From contig CAWACR010000010.1 in the NCBI GenBank assembly GCA_963780675.1, positions 11,814-75,813 on the forward strand: DNA of 64,000 nucleotides, read 5' to 3'. The position numbers and the translations under genes are program-made. This document shows, piece by piece, positions 37,501 through 46,663 of this stretch. Source of the DNA: an uncultured Actinomycetota bacterium (GTDB lineage Bacteria; Actinomycetota; Actinomycetes; Actinomycetales; JAHECE01). Below the pieces are notes generated by a model that saw only the letters and a program-made list of their open reading frames with translations, was not told the DNA's origin and did no database searches. Numbering within the stretch: position 1 is the stretch's first letter; each line of letters starts with the position of its first letter.

Positions 37501-38089
37501 CCATCAGCTCGACGTAGAAGTAGTCCTTGCCGAAGATGTCCCGGAGCTCTCCGGCGGCCCGCACCGCCTCCTCGTACTGGCCGAGGCGCAGCCGGGTCTG
37601 CACCTCGCCGGAGGGGCATCCGGTGGTCCCGATGAGCCCGCCGCCGTAGGTGTTCAGCAGCTCGCGGTCCATCCGCGGCCACTTGCCCCACTGCCCCTCG
37701 AGCGAGGCGCGCGAGGCCATCCGGAAGAGGTTGTGCATCCCCGCCGTGGTCCGCGCCCACATCGTCAGGTGGGTGTAGGCCCCACCGCCCGAGAGGTCGT
37801 CCGCGCGCTGGCCGGCCTCACCCCAGTGCACCCGGGTGCGGTCGAAGCGGCTGGTTCCCGGCGTCACGTACGCCTCGATACCGATGACGGGCTTGACGCC
37901 GTGGGCGCGGGCCTTGGACCAGAAGTCGAACGCGCCGAAGAGGTAGCCGTGGTCGGAGATACCCAGGGCCGGTTGTTCCAGCCGCGTCACCTCGTCGAAC
38001 AGGTCGTCGAGCCGCGCAGCGCCGTCGAGCATGGAGTACTCGGTGTGAGCGTGGAGGTGAACGAAGCTCTTCACTCCGTCCGCGGCCAT
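34544..38089 (-). CDS. dnaE: DNA polymerase III alpha subunit (DnaE1)
   Basis: Intact 1181-aa ORF. The PHP domain starts FVHLHAHTEYSMLDGA. Also contains GRGSAAGSMASYAMGITELDP, KMDFLGLRNL and the OB-fold region. Confidence 0.97.
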   Translation of the reverse strand: MAADGVKSFVHLHAHTEYSMLDGAARLDDLFDEVTRLEQPALGISDHGYLFGAFDFWSKARAHGVKPVIGIEAYVTPGTSRFDRTRVHWGEAGQRADDLSGGGAYTHLTMWARTTAGMHNLFRMASRASLEGQWGKWPRMDRELLNTYGGGLIGTTGCPSGEVQTRLRLGQYEEAVRAAGELRDIFGKDYFYVELMDHGIEIERRVTRDLVRIAKAIDAPFLATNDSHYTREGDSHAHEVLLAVQSGSTLADPDRFHFDGNSYYLRSSEDMRRTFAEFPGACDNTLVVAGQCDVEFTTDVNYMPRFPVPPGEDENSWFVKEVDAGLQRRYAGAVPDAVREQAVYETGVITSLGFAGYFLVVADFINWAKSQGIRVGPGRGSAAGSMASYAMGITELDPLEHGLIFERFLNPERVSWPDVDVDFDERRRGEVIRYVTEKYGDDRVAQIVTYGTIKAKQALKDASRVLGFPFAMGEKLTKAMPPAVMGKDISLTGMYDEKNDRYAEAEEFRQVVADDPDAQRVLETARGLENLKRQWGVHAAGVIMSSEPLIDIIPIMKRPQDGAIITQFDQPTCESLGLIKMDFLGLRNLTILDDALVNIVANGKPAIAVETLPLDDAPTYELLGRGDTLGVFQLDGGPMRALLRQMRPDTFEDISAVIALYRPGPMGMNSHTNYALRKNGLQKVEPIHPELAEPLEEIVGLTHGLIVYQEQVQRAAQKLAGYSLGQADLLRRAMGKKKKEILDKEFVPFEAGMRERGYSDAAIKAVWDTLVPFAGYAFNKAHSAAYGVVSYWTAYLKANYPTEYMAALLTSVRDDKDKSALYLAECRRMGITVLPPDVNASAGTFTAVGEDIRFGLTAIRNVGANVVDAIIAARTQKGAFTSFTDFLDKVPAVVCNKRTIESLVKAGAFDTLGRSRRALVLVHEQAVDSVVDLKRNEALGQFDLFASLGADLMADAAPSFALEIPDLPEWDKSELLAFERQMLGLYVSDHPLQGLEQVLGRAADCSIAALLGDDARPDGSTVAIAGLVTSLQRKMSKQGNAWAIATIEDLDGSMDVLFFGETYLAYSTMLAQDVVVVVRGRIRKRDDGIQLQVTEMSLPDLSSTQDAPVTLTLATNRCTAPVVEGLKSILTNHPGMTEVRLRLTSPDRVKVLRLEDGFRVTPSPALFGDLKALLGSGCLLS

Positions 38090-38125
38090 GCGGGAGAGTC
38101 TAGATCGGGGGGACGACAGCTCCCG

Positions 38126-38629
38126 TCAGGGCCCCGTGACCGCCTTGACGGCGTCCCGGTGCCAGATCCCGGCGTCCAGGTAGCGCTCCTGCCCGACGAC
38201 GTAGCCCACGTCCTGGTAGAAGCCCACCGCCTGCTCCTGCGCGCTCAGCTCGATGCGCACGCGGCGCCCTCCTCCGGGGAGGGCCTCCGCGAAGTCGGCG
38301 ACCGCGATCGCCTCGAGCGCCCGCATGATCGCCGCCCCGACACCCAGGCCGCGGATCGTTCGGCGGACCGCGACGCGCCCGATGTGCACCACTCCGGGGT
38401 GCGCCGGGTCCGTCAGCAGACGTCCCGTGCCGACGACGGCGCCGTCCACCTCGGCGAGCACGTGCAGCGTCGTCGGGCTCGTGTCGGCCGCGTCGACCTC
38501 TTCCTCGACGGGCACCCGCTGCTCGTGGACGAAGACCTCGAACCTGACGGCCCACGCCGCCTCGAGGTCCTCCCGCGTGACGACGCGGCGGACCGTCACC
38601 TCGGTGGGCCGGGCGCCGTCGGCCGTCAT
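38126..38629 (-). CDS. GNAT-family N-acetyltransferase
   Basis: 167 aa. Contains [21 protein letters not shown] and [22 protein letters not shown] (Q/RxxGxG/A motif). The ATG overlaps the rluD stop. Confidence 0.8.
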   Translation of the reverse strand: MTADGARPTEVTVRRVVTREDLEAAWAVRFEVFVHEQRVPVEEEVDAADTSPTTLHVLAEVDGAVVGTGRLLTDPAHPGVVHIGRVAVRRTIRGLGVGAAIMRALEAIAVADFAEALPGGGRRVRIELSAQEQAVGFYQDVGYVVGQERYLDAGIWHRDAVKAVTGP

Positions 38630-39552
38630 GACGCGCGCAGCACGTCGAGCGCGTGCTGGAGGTCGTCCGGGTAGTCGCTGCTGAACTCGACCCACTCCCC
38701 GTGACCCGGGTGCGGGAAGCCGAGGCGGACGGCGTGCAGCCACTGCCGGGTCAGCCCGAGGCGTGCTGCCAGCGTCGGGTCCGCCCCGTAGGTGACGTCT
38801 CCCACGCACGGGTGGCGCAGGGCCGCCATGTGGACACGGATCTGGTGCGTGCGCCCCGTCTCGAGGTGGATCTCGAGGAGCGACGCCCCCCGCATCGCCT
38901 CGAGCGTCGCGTAGTGCGTGACGGACGGGCGCCCGTCGGCGACCACCGCCCACTTGTAGTCAGCGGTCGGGTGGCGCCCGATGGGGGCGTCGACCGTGCC
39001 GGCGGAGGGATCCGGGTGGCCCTGCACCAGCGCGTGGTAGATCTTCTCGGGCGTCCGGTCCCGGAAGGCCTGCTTCAGCCGGGAGTAGGCCCGCTCGCTC
39101 TTGGCGACGACCATGAGGCCGGAGGTCCCGACGTCGAGGCGGTGCACCACACCCTGGCGCTCGGCCGCGCCCGACGTCGCGACGCGGTACCCCGCGGCGG
39201 CCAGGCCCCCGATGACGGTGGGGCCGGACCACCCCGGACTCGGGTGCGCCGCCACGCCCACGGGCTTGTCCACGACGACAAGATCCACGTCGTCGTAGAC
39301 CACGCGGAGGCCCGGCGCCGCCACCGGCGCGGGCGACGGCGCGGCCGTCACGTCCGGGAGCTCGACCTCCAACCAGGAGTCGGCCACCAGCCTGTCGGAC
39401 TTGCCGACCGGACGGCCGTCCACCCGCACGGCCCCGGACTCGGCGAGCTCGGCGGCACGGGTGCGCGACAGGCCCAGCAGGCGCCCGAGGGCGGCGTCGA
39501 CCCGCTCCCCGGCGAGCCCCTCCGGGACCGGCAGGGCCCTCGACTCAGGCAT
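38626..39552 (-). CDS. rluD: RluA/RluD-family 23S rRNA pseudouridine synthase
   Basis: S4-like N-terminus ([35 protein letters not shown]). Catalytic motif [15 protein letters not shown]. Also [13 protein letters not shown]. The ATG at 39552 was chosen; alternative upstream starts exist. Confidence 0.85.
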   Translation of the reverse strand: MPESRALPVPEGLAGERVDAALGRLLGLSRTRAAELAESGAVRVDGRPVGKSDRLVADSWLEVELPDVTAAPSPAPVAAPGLRVVYDDVDLVVVDKPVGVAAHPSPGWSGPTVIGGLAAAGYRVATSGAAERQGVVHRLDVGTSGLMVVAKSERAYSRLKQAFRDRTPEKIYHALVQGHPDPSAGTVDAPIGRHPTADYKWAVVADGRPSVTHYATLEAMRGASLLEIHLETGRTHQIRVHMAALRHPCVGDVTYGADPTLAARLGLTRQWLHAVRLGFPHPGHGEWVEFSSDYPDDLQHALDVLRAS

Positions 39553-40168
39553 TGCCGGCATCCTCGGCGGCGGCCTCCTCGGAGGCGGAGCCATCGGCAG
39601 CGGGGGCCTCGGCGCGGTGGCCGCGGTCCTCCCGCGAGCCGTCCACGCCGATACCCCGGAAGGCAAGCCAGCCGATGAGGACGGCGGCCGTCACGATGGC
39701 GATGTCGGCGACGTTTCCGACGAAGAAGCCGCCGTAGTCGATGAAGTCGATCACGTGCCCGCGGGCGAAACCCGGCGGCCGGAAGAGCCGGTCGAGCAGG
39801 TTGCCGATCGCACCACCGAGAAGGAGGCCCAGAGCCACCGCCCACGTGCGGGAACCGAGGTGCCGGGCCACCCGGACGACCACGACGACGACGCCCACCG
39901 CGATGAGCGTGAACACCCACGTCATGCCGGTGGCGAACGAGAACGCCGCACCGGGGTTGAAGACGAGGCTCAGCGAGAGGAAGCCGCCGGGAAGGGGGAT
40001 CGACTCCCCCGGCGTCAGGCGCGCCAGGGCGAGCTGCTTCGTGACGAGGTCCGCCACCAGGACCCCGACGGCGACCGCCGCGAGGGCGACCACGTGCGTC
40101 CGCCGGCCGGCGCCGGCGACCGCGAAGCGGCCCTCGGCGGTGTCGGGCTCGGGCGGCGGGGTCGTCAT
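39545..40168 (-). CDS. lspA: lipoprotein signal peptidase II
   Basis: Contains [26 protein letters not shown] and [20 protein letters not shown]. The internal ATG at 40168 was chosen as start. Confidence 0.85.
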   Translation of the reverse strand: MTTPPPEPDTAEGRFAVAGAGRRTHVVALAAVAVGVLVADLVTKQLALARLTPGESIPLPGGFLSLSLVFNPGAAFSFATGMTWVFTLIAVGVVVVVVRVARHLGSRTWAVALGLLLGGAIGNLLDRLFRPPGFARGHVIDFIDYGGFFVGNVADIAIVTAAVLIGWLAFRGIGVDGSREDRGHRAEAPAADGSASEEAAAEDAGNA

Positions 40169-40199
40169 GTCGGCAGGCTCCTGGTGCTGCTCACACCAC

Positions 40200-40227
40200 G
40201 ACGGCGGACCCGGTGGGGTCCGCCGTC
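40200..40227 (-). terminator. hairpin downstream of divIVA (12-bp perfect stem, 4-nt loop)
   Basis: On the minus strand gacggcggaccc-cacc-gggtccgccgtc, beginning 26 nt after the divIVA stop codon. It is followed by gtggtgtgag, a weak U content. Confidence 0.45.
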
Positions 40228-40253
40228 GGAGAGGTGTGACGCTGTGTGATCGA

Positions 40254-40868
40254 TCAGCGAACCGGCGGGAGGGTGGCGTTGCTGCCACGGCCCTCGACGT
40301 CGTTGAGGAGACCCTCGAGGTAGCTCTTGAGGCGCGTGCGGTAGTCGCGCTCGAAGCCGCGGAGCTCGTCGATCTTCCGCTCGAGGAGCGCCCGCTCCTG
40401 CTCGAGCTGGCCGAGCGTCCGGTTCTTCTGGTCCTCCGCCTCGCGAACCATGCGCTCCGCGTTGGCGCGGGCCTCGCCGACGATCCGGTCGCCCTCGGCC
40501 TGGCCGTTGCTCACGTACTCGTCGTGCACCTTCTGGGCGAGCGCGAGCATGCTGGCGGCCGACTGGGGCTCGCTCTGCGGCTCGGGCGCGACCTCGGGCT
40601 CGGGGGCCGGCTGAGGCTCGGGGGCCGGCGCGGGTGCCGGGGCCGGGGTCGGGACGACCTCGCCGCCGGAGAGCTGCGCGACACGGGCCTCCGAGGCCGC
40701 GAGCTTGGCCTTGAGCTCCTCGTTCTCGGCCTGGACCACGCGCAGCGTGTTGACGACCTCGTCAAGGAAGTCGTCGACCTCGTCCTGGTCGTAGCCCTCG
40801 CGGAACTTCGTCGGCTGGAACTTCTTGTTGAGGACGTCGTCTGCCGTGAGCAGCGCCATTGTCGTCAC
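40254..40868 (-). CDS. divIVA: DivIVA/Wag31 polar growth and cell-division protein
   Basis: MALLTADDVLNKKFQPTKFREGYDQDEVDDFLDEVVNTL, followed by a coiled coil, a PA-rich insert and a second coiled coil. Confidence 0.92.
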   Translation of the reverse strand: MTTMALLTADDVLNKKFQPTKFREGYDQDEVDDFLDEVVNTLRVVQAENEELKAKLAASEARVAQLSGGEVVPTPAPAPAPAPEPQPAPEPEVAPEPQSEPQSAASMLALAQKVHDEYVSNGQAEGDRIVGEARANAERMVREAEDQKNRTLGQLEQERALLERKIDELRGFERDYRTRLKSYLEGLLNDVEGRGSNATLPPVR

Positions 40869-40991
40869 CTCGGTGTGTGTACGGGCCGATCGTGGACGGA
40901 GGTGTCACCGATCATGGTGTCACCGTAGCGGACGGGTTGCCCGCTTGAGCCGCGCCACCCCGCTCGAGCAGCGGCGCGGCACGGGCAATTC

Positions 40992-41285
40992 TCACAGGCT
41001 CGCAAGGGATCGGGCGAGCCCCATCGCGAACCATAGGACAAACATCAAGACCATGAATCCCAGGTCCAGCTGGACGCCGCCGAACCGGATCGGCGGGATC
41101 ACGCGGCGCAGCAGACGCAAGGGCGGATCCGTGACCGTGTACACGGATTCCGCGACCACGAGCACCAGCCCTCGCGGCCGCCAGTCGCGGGCGAACAACT
41201 GGATCCAGTCGAAGACCAGCCGGAGCAGCAGGACGACGACGTAGACCAGGAGCGCCAGGTAGACGGCCCCGAAGAACCACTGCAC
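40992..41285 (-). CDS. yggT: YggT-family membrane protein
   Basis: 97 aa, hydrophobic. Contains LLRLVFDWIQLF and YTVTDPPLRLLRRVIPP. Confidence 0.85.
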   Translation of the reverse strand: MQWFFGAVYLALLVYVVVLLLRLVFDWIQLFARDWRPRGLVLVVAESVYTVTDPPLRLLRRVIPPIRFGGVQLDLGFMVLMFVLWFAMGLARSLASL

Positions 41286-41291
41286 GCGTTC

Positions 41292-41756
41292 TCAGCTCTG
41301 GTTGTAGAAGGCCGACGACGCCGGCGGGACCGCGCGCTCGGGCGTCGCGATCTCGACCGTGGCGGGCGAGAGCAGGAAGACCTTGCTCGTCACGCGCTCG
41401 ATCGCACCCCTCAAACCGAACACGATCCCTGCGGAGAAGTCGACCAGGCGCTTGGCGTCGGCGTCGTTCATCTCGCTGAGGTTCATGATGACGGGGGTCC
41501 CGGAGCGGAACGCCTCCCCGATGACCTTCGCGTCGTTGTAGCTGCGCGGGTGGACCGTGGTGATCCGGCGCAGGTCGCCCGCCACGCCCCGCGAGATGGG
41601 GGTCACCTGGGCGTTCCGTTCGGGCACGGCCACTGGTGCCACCTCCTCGTACTCGGGCTGCTCGACGATCTCGTCGACGTAGTCCATCTGCCCCTCGGGG
41701 TTCTCGCCCTCGGCGAGCCCGAGGTACAGCATCGTCTTGCGCAGCGCTCCGGCCAT
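41292..41756 (-). CDS. sepF: cell division protein SepF
   Basis: MAGALRKTMLYLGLAE..., plus ITTVHPRSYNDAKVIGEAFRSGTPVIMNL and RLVDFSAGIVFGLRGAIERV. Confidence 0.92.
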   Translation of the reverse strand: MAGALRKTMLYLGLAEGENPEGQMDYVDEIVEQPEYEEVAPVAVPERNAQVTPISRGVAGDLRRITTVHPRSYNDAKVIGEAFRSGTPVIMNLSEMNDADAKRLVDFSAGIVFGLRGAIERVTSKVFLLSPATVEIATPERAVPPASSAFYNQS

Positions 41757-41818
41757 CTGTGCTCCTGGTGCGTGGGGTGAGCCTTCGTCAGGGACGCTAG
41801 ACCAGCAGCGACGCTCGA

Positions 41819-42580
41819 TCAGTCAGGCGGGTGCGGCGTGTCGCGCCCGCGAAGGACGACCACGCCGGCGAACCGGCCCGTGACACCGTCACGTCGGTAC
41901 GAGAAGAAGCGCTCGTCCTCGAGGGTGCACACGCCTGCGAGCTCGACGGACCGCACCCCTGCCTGCGCCAGCTGCGCGACGGCCCCGGCGGCCAGGTCGA
42001 GCCCTGCGGTGCCCCGGGACGTCGTGCTGATCGACTCGGGCACGACGGCGACCACCTCGGCCTGGACGACCTCGCCCACCTCGTAGCAGGAACCGCAGAT
42101 CGCGGGCCCGACGTAGGCGTGGATGGCCTCGGGTCGCGCGCCGAGCGCCCTCATGGCCTCGACCGTGGCGGGGACGACGCCGAGCGCGAGGCCGCGACGG
42201 CCGGCGTGCGCCGCGCCGACGACGCCGGCCCCCGCGTCCGCCAGGAGAATGGGCAGGCAGTCCGCCACCATGACCGCGAGGCCCACCCCGGGCAGGGTGG
42301 AGACGAGAGCGTCGCCGTCCACGGCGTCGGACACCGTCCCGGGTGCCGCCGGCGCGGCGTCCACCACCACGACGTGCGCGCCATGGACCTGGTTGAGGTA
42401 GGTCACGGGCGCGCCGAGCCGCCGGGCGACCCGGTCGCGGTTCACCGCGACGTGCGTGGGGTCGTCCCCCACGTGGAGACCGAGGTCGAGCGAGGCGTAC
42501 GACCCCCTGCTCAGACCACCGGCCCGGGTGGTGACCAGTGCGGTCACCCCCGGGCCGAGGTCGGCGTCGAGCACGATCAT
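41819..42580 (-). CDS. pgeF: YfiH/PgeF-family (DUF152, polyphenol-oxidase-like) protein
   Basis: Contains LNQVHGAHVV, VMVADCLPILL, GAAHAGRRGL, GPAICGSCYEV and FFSYRRDG. Confidence 0.85.
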   Translation of the reverse strand: MIVLDADLGPGVTALVTTRAGGLSRGSYASLDLGLHVGDDPTHVAVNRDRVARRLGAPVTYLNQVHGAHVVVVDAAPAAPGTVSDAVDGDALVSTLPGVGLAVMVADCLPILLADAGAGVVGAAHAGRRGLALGVVPATVEAMRALGARPEAIHAYVGPAICGSCYEVGEVVQAEVVAVVPESISTTSRGTAGLDLAAGAVAQLAQAGVRSVELAGVCTLEDERFFSYRRDGVTGRFAGVVVLRGRDTPHPPD

Positions 42581-42595
42581 CCGGATCTGTTCGGC

Positions 42596-43849
42596 CTACT
42601 TCAGGAAGTCCGGGATGTCGAGGTCGTCCTCGACGCGCCGCGGGCGCGGCGGAGCCTCGTCGAAGATGCGCGGCACCTGCAGCGGGGCGGGCTGGGCGGC
42701 GGGGGCCGACTCCTCGGCGACGTGGTTGACGTAGGCCGGAACGGCCTCACGCACGGGGACCGGGGCACCGACCGGCGCCTGCGACACGCGCTCGCCCCGG
42801 TGGTTGCCGTAGGGCTCCGGCTGCGACACGGGAGCGGCGGGGGCCGCGGAGCGCGCCGGGGCGACCTGACCGACACCGCGGCCTGCCGGCCTGGTGACCG
42901 GAGGCTGGTTGTCGAACCCGGCGGCGATCACCGTCACGCGCACCTCGTCGCCGAGGGCGTCGTCGATGACCGCACCGAAGATGATGTTGGCCTCGGGGTG
43001 GGCAGCCTCCTGGACGAGGCGAGCGGCCTCGTGGATCTCGAAGAGACCCAGGTCGCTGCCCCCCTGGATGCTGAGCAGCACGCCGTGGGCGCCGTCGATG
43101 CTCGCCTCGAGAAGCGGCGAGGAGATCGCCAGCTCCGCCGCCTGGACGGCGCGGTCCTCGCCCCGCGAGGAGCCGATGCCCATGAGGGCGCTGCCGGCAC
43201 CCTGCATCACGGACTTGACGTCCGCGAAGTCGAGGTTGATCAGCCCCGGCGTGGTGATCAGGTCGGTGATGCCCTGGACACCGGACAGGAGCACCTGATC
43301 GGCGGAGCGGAACGCGTCGAGGACGGAGACGTTCCGGTCGCTGATCGACAGCAGCCGGTCGTTCGGGATGACGATGAGGGTGTCGACCTCGGCGCGCAGC
43401 GAGTCGATGCCGCTCTCCGCCTGGTTCTGACGACGCCGTCCCTCGAACGTGAACGGCCGGGTGACCACACCGATGGTGAGGGCGCCCATCGACTTGGCGA
43501 TCCGCGCCACGACGGGCGCGCCACCCGTGCCCGTGCCGCCACCCTCGCCGGCCGTCACGAAGACCATGTCCGCGCCGCGCAGGACCTCTTCGATCTCCTC
43601 GGAGTGGTCCTCGGCGGCCTTGCGCCCGACCTCCGGGTCGGCGCCTGCCCCCAGACCACGGGTGAGCTCGCGACCGACGTCGAGCTTGACGTCCGCATCG
43701 CTCATGAGCAGGGCCTGCGCGTCGGTGTTCACCGCGATGAACTCCACGCCCTTGAGCCCCACGTCGATCATCCGGTTGACGGCGTTGACACCGCCGCCAC
43801 CGATGCCGACAACCTTGATGACCGCCAGGTAGTTCTGCGGTGCCGCCAC
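42596..43849 (-). CDS. ftsZ: cell division GTPase FtsZ
   Basis: (V)[50 protein letters not shown] and the C-terminal peptide [10 protein letters not shown]. The GTG at 43849 is preceded by GAGAGGGA. Confidence 0.97.
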   Translation of the reverse strand: MAAPQNYLAVIKVVGIGGGGVNAVNRMIDVGLKGVEFIAVNTDAQALLMSDADVKLDVGRELTRGLGAGADPEVGRKAAEDHSEEIEEVLRGADMVFVTAGEGGGTGTGGAPVVARIAKSMGALTIGVVTRPFTFEGRRRQNQAESGIDSLRAEVDTLIVIPNDRLLSISDRNVSVLDAFRSADQVLLSGVQGITDLITTPGLINLDFADVKSVMQGAGSALMGIGSSRGEDRAVQAAELAISSPLLEASIDGAHGVLLSIQGGSDLGLFEIHEAARLVQEAAHPEANIIFGAVIDDALGDEVRVTVIAAGFDNQPPVTRPAGRGVGQVAPARSAAPAAPVSQPEPYGNHRGERVSQAPVGAPVPVREAVPAYVNHVAEESAPAAQPAPLQVPRIFDEAPPRPRRVEDDLDIPDFLK

Positions 43850-44225
43850 GTCGGTCCCTCTCGTCCTGTGGACAACTCTCAACCTCTACCTGAGGGTGAG
43901 ACTTATGTCATTTCCTTGCGGGCAGGACCGTAGGTCGGCACACCGGCAAGGGCAACGACATCCGGCGCGTGTCGGGGAAAACACCTCGCGCCACGCCGAC
44001 GCACGGCCCCCCACCTGGCACGACGCCCCCACGACACGGCAGAACGTCACGTCCGTCGGCGTGTCGCGTCCCGAGCGGCCCCGCTCCACGGGGATGGCAC
44101 CGCAGGCGGGGCGACGGGCGGGCCCGACGTGGCCGGGCGGGGGCGGACGCGCAGGGACGGGGACTCCCCCGACGGACCACCGCGAGCGGCGCGGACCGGA
44201 CCCGATCGAGCGACCGGGGAGATCC

Positions 44226-45194
44226 TCAGCGCGTGACCGGCATCGTCGGAGCCGACACGTCGTACACGGATGCCGGGCGCTGCCGAAGAACCTCGAGCAC
44301 GCGGATCTTGAGCGCCGGGGAGTCCGCGCTCCCCCACTCCACGCGGGCGCCGTCGGCCAGGCGGAAGTGCACCGTGTCCGCGGAAGACGCGCCGGCGCCG
44401 GACACCTGGCCCAGCAGCTCCGGCGGGAGGGCACCGAGCACGGTCAGGACGGCGGACAGCGCGTCCGCGCTGCGCCCGCCGAGCGGGATGTCGACCACGG
44501 GGAGCGCATCCGGCGCACGGTCGGCGACGGCGACCTGCACCCCCTCCGGGTCGAGGAACGCGAAGCCCTCGTCCCGGGCGACCACGGCGACCGGCTCCCG
44601 GGAGACGATCGCGACGTCGAGCCCGTTCGGCCACGCCCGGGCGACGTCCACGGACTTCACGCCGTTCAGCCTGCCGATCCTCGCCTCCAGGGCGGTGACG
44701 TCCAGCCGGGCGAGCGGTGTCCCGTCCTGCGCAGCGGCAAGGGCGGCGACGGCGGTCGGGTCGACCACCGTCCCGGTCCCCTCGATGCGGACGGCGTCGG
44801 GGTGCAGGGCCAGGACCGGCGACGCGAGGACCAGGTAGGCGACGCCGGCGACCACCACCGCGCCCGCGGCGAGCACGGCGACCCGCACCCGCGTCAGGCG
44901 TCGGCGCGCCGCGAACCGCTCGGCGAGCCGCTCGCTGAAGGCACTCGTCACGGAGCCCGTGGTCACGGAGCCGGCGGCCACAGAGCCGCGGCAGCCCCCG
45001 CCGGGCCCCACCGGCTCGAGCGCCGCCCCGGTCGCGTCGCCGTCGCGTTCGGTCGCCTCGCCGGCCTCGCGGACCGCAAGCGTCGCGCGACCGCGAGGCG
45101 CCGCGTCGGCACGCACGCCCGCGCGGTCCCGCGGGACGGTGGCGCTCTCGGGTGAGGTGCCCAGGCTGAGGCGCGGGGGGCTCGGTGGCCTCAT
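44226..45194 (-). CDS. ftsQ: cell division protein FtsQ (POTRA domain) with a long low-complexity N-terminus
   Basis: The ATG overlaps the murC stop. It has a TM segment (VAVLAAGAVVVAGVAYLVLA) and the POTRA/FtsQ region (VKSVDVARAWPNGLDVAIVSREPVAVV). Confidence 0.85.
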   Translation of the reverse strand: MRPPSPPRLSLGTSPESATVPRDRAGVRADAAPRGRATLAVREAGEATERDGDATGAALEPVGPGGGCRGSVAAGSVTTGSVTSAFSERLAERFAARRRLTRVRVAVLAAGAVVVAGVAYLVLASPVLALHPDAVRIEGTGTVVDPTAVAALAAAQDGTPLARLDVTALEARIGRLNGVKSVDVARAWPNGLDVAIVSREPVAVVARDEGFAFLDPEGVQVAVADRAPDALPVVDIPLGGRSADALSAVLTVLGALPPELLGQVSGAGASSADTVHFRLADGARVEWGSADSPALKIRVLEVLRQRPASVYDVSAPTMPVTR

Positions 45195-46663
45195 GCCCGG
45201 TCTCGCAGGGCGGCCAGGATGGGCTCGGCCAGCTCCGTGACGTCACCCGCGCCGACGGTCAGGACGAGGTCGCCCGGCCCCGCCAGTGCTGCGATCGCCC
45301 GGGCTGCCTCCAACCTGTCGGGGACGTGACGCGCCCGGTCCCCCGCGCCCAGCGCGGCCATCGCGTCCGTGATGAGGGCGCTCGTGACGCCGGGCCTCGG
45401 GTCCTCCCGCGCCCCGTAGATCGCCGTCACGACCACGGCGTCGGCGCCGGCGAGCGCCGCCGCGAACTCCGCGGCGAAGGCGAGGGTCCGCGAGTACAGG
45501 TGCGGCTGGAACAACGCGAGCACCCGCCCCTCCCCCGCCGCCAGCCGCGCCGCGGCGACGAGCGCCGCGACCTCGGTGGGGTGGTGCGCGTAGTCGTCGA
45601 CCACGCGGACGCCGGCCGCGGTCCCGCGGTCCTCGAACCGGCGGCGGGTCCCCGTGAAGGCTCCCAGCGCGGCCGCGAGCCTGTCGCCGTCGACCCCGAG
45701 GTCGACGCCGGCGCACCAGGCCGCCGCGGCGTTGAGGACGTTGTGCACGCCGGGCACGGCGAGGTCCAGCGCCACGCGGAGCGGTGCGAAGCCCTCTCGG
45801 GTCCACGTCAGGTGGGCCGCCGAGCCCGCCGGGCGCAGCTCCTCGACGGACACCTCGACGTGGTCGGACCCCGCGCCGTCGGGCAGCGGTCCGGCCGCCG
45901 ACCGGACCACTCCGTAGGTGCGGACCCGGGTCCCGCTCGTGGCGACGAGCCGGGCCAGGCGCGCCGACCCGGGGTCGTCCGCGCAGGCGACGAGGAGTCC
46001 ACCCGGCACGATCCGCGCGGCGAACTCCTCGAACGCGCCTTCGACCGCCTCGACGCTCGCGTAGTGGTCGAGGTGGTCGGCCTCGATGTTCGTCACGACG
46101 GCCACGCGCGGGCTGTAGGCGAGGAACGAGCGGTCGGACTCGTCCGCCTCGGCGACGAAGGCGGTACCCCGACCCGCGTGGGCGCCGGTGCCCAGCGCCA
46201 GGACCTCGCCGCCGATCGCGTAGCTCGGGTCCGCGCCCACCTCGGCCAGCGCGAGCGCCAGCATCGAGCTCGTGGTCGTCTTGCCGTGGGCGCCGGCCAC
46301 CGCGACGAAGTCCTTGCCCGCCGCGACCCTGGCCAGGGCCTCGGACCGGTGGATGACGGGGACGCCGGCCGCACGCGCGGCCACCAGCTCGGGGTTGTCG
46401 GGCCGGACCGCCGTCGACACCACCACCGTCCCCGCACCGGCGACCTGCTCGGCGGCGTGGCCCACGTGGACGACGGCGCCCAGTCGCGCGAGGCGGTCCA
46501 GGGTGGCGCTGCCGCGCGCGTCGGACCCGCTCACCTCCTGACCCTGCGCAAGGAAGAGCTCGGCGATGACGGACATGCCCGCGCCACCGATGCCGATGAA
46601 GTGGAGCCGACCGTCGGGCGACGCCCCGGGCGCCCCGACCGATCCCGTGCCCCCCACGCTCAC
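45191..46663 (-). CDS. murC: UDP-N-acetylmuramate--L-alanine ligase
   Basis: Contains LHFIGIGGAGMSVIAELFLAQGQEVSGSD, VAGAHGKTTTSSMLA, VAEADESDRSFL and DDYAHHPTE. The GTG at 46663 overlaps the murG stop (GTGA). Confidence 0.92.
   Translation of the reverse strand: MSVGGTGSVGAPGASPDGRLHFIGIGGAGMSVIAELFLAQGQEVSGSDARGSATLDRLARLGAVVHVGHAAEQVAGAGTVVVSTAVRPDNPELVAARAAGVPVIHRSEALARVAAGKDFVAVAGAHGKTTTSSMLALALAEVGADPSYAIGGEVLALGTGAHAGRGTAFVAEADESDRSFLAYSPRVAVVTNIEADHLDHYASVEAVEGAFEEFAARIVPGGLLVACADDPGSARLARLVATSGTRVRTYGVVRSAAGPLPDGAGSDHVEVSVEELRPAGSAAHLTWTREGFAPLRVALDLAVPGVHNVLNAAAAWCAGVDLGVDGDRLAAALGAFTGTRRRFEDRGTAAGVRVVDDYAHHPTEVAALVAAARLAAGEGRVLALFQPHLYSRTLAFAAEFAAALAGADAVVVTAIYGAREDPRPGVTSALITDAMAALGAGDRARHVPDRLEAARAIAALAGPGDLVLTVGAGDVTELAEPILAALRDRA

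Noticed and set aside
34691-38674. Very long antisense or overlapping ORFs. Examples are the 1327-aa plus-strand ORF opposite dnaE, the 770-aa ORF at 6630..8942 opposite pheT, the 1339-aa ORF at 29103..33122, and the 1250-aa ORF at 22588..26340.
   Set aside because: Their translations are Arg/Gly/Pro/Ala-rich junk except where they coincide with the true frame. Such stop-free shadow frames are expected at this GC content. The opposite or other frame encodes unmistakable conserved proteins.
43850-44225. A specific ftsZ promoter call in the 376-bp ftsQ-ftsZ spacer. An AT-richer patch lies near 43880-43920.
   Set aside because: Several weak -10-like strings are present but none has convincing -35 or spacing. 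I left it unannotated rather than guess.
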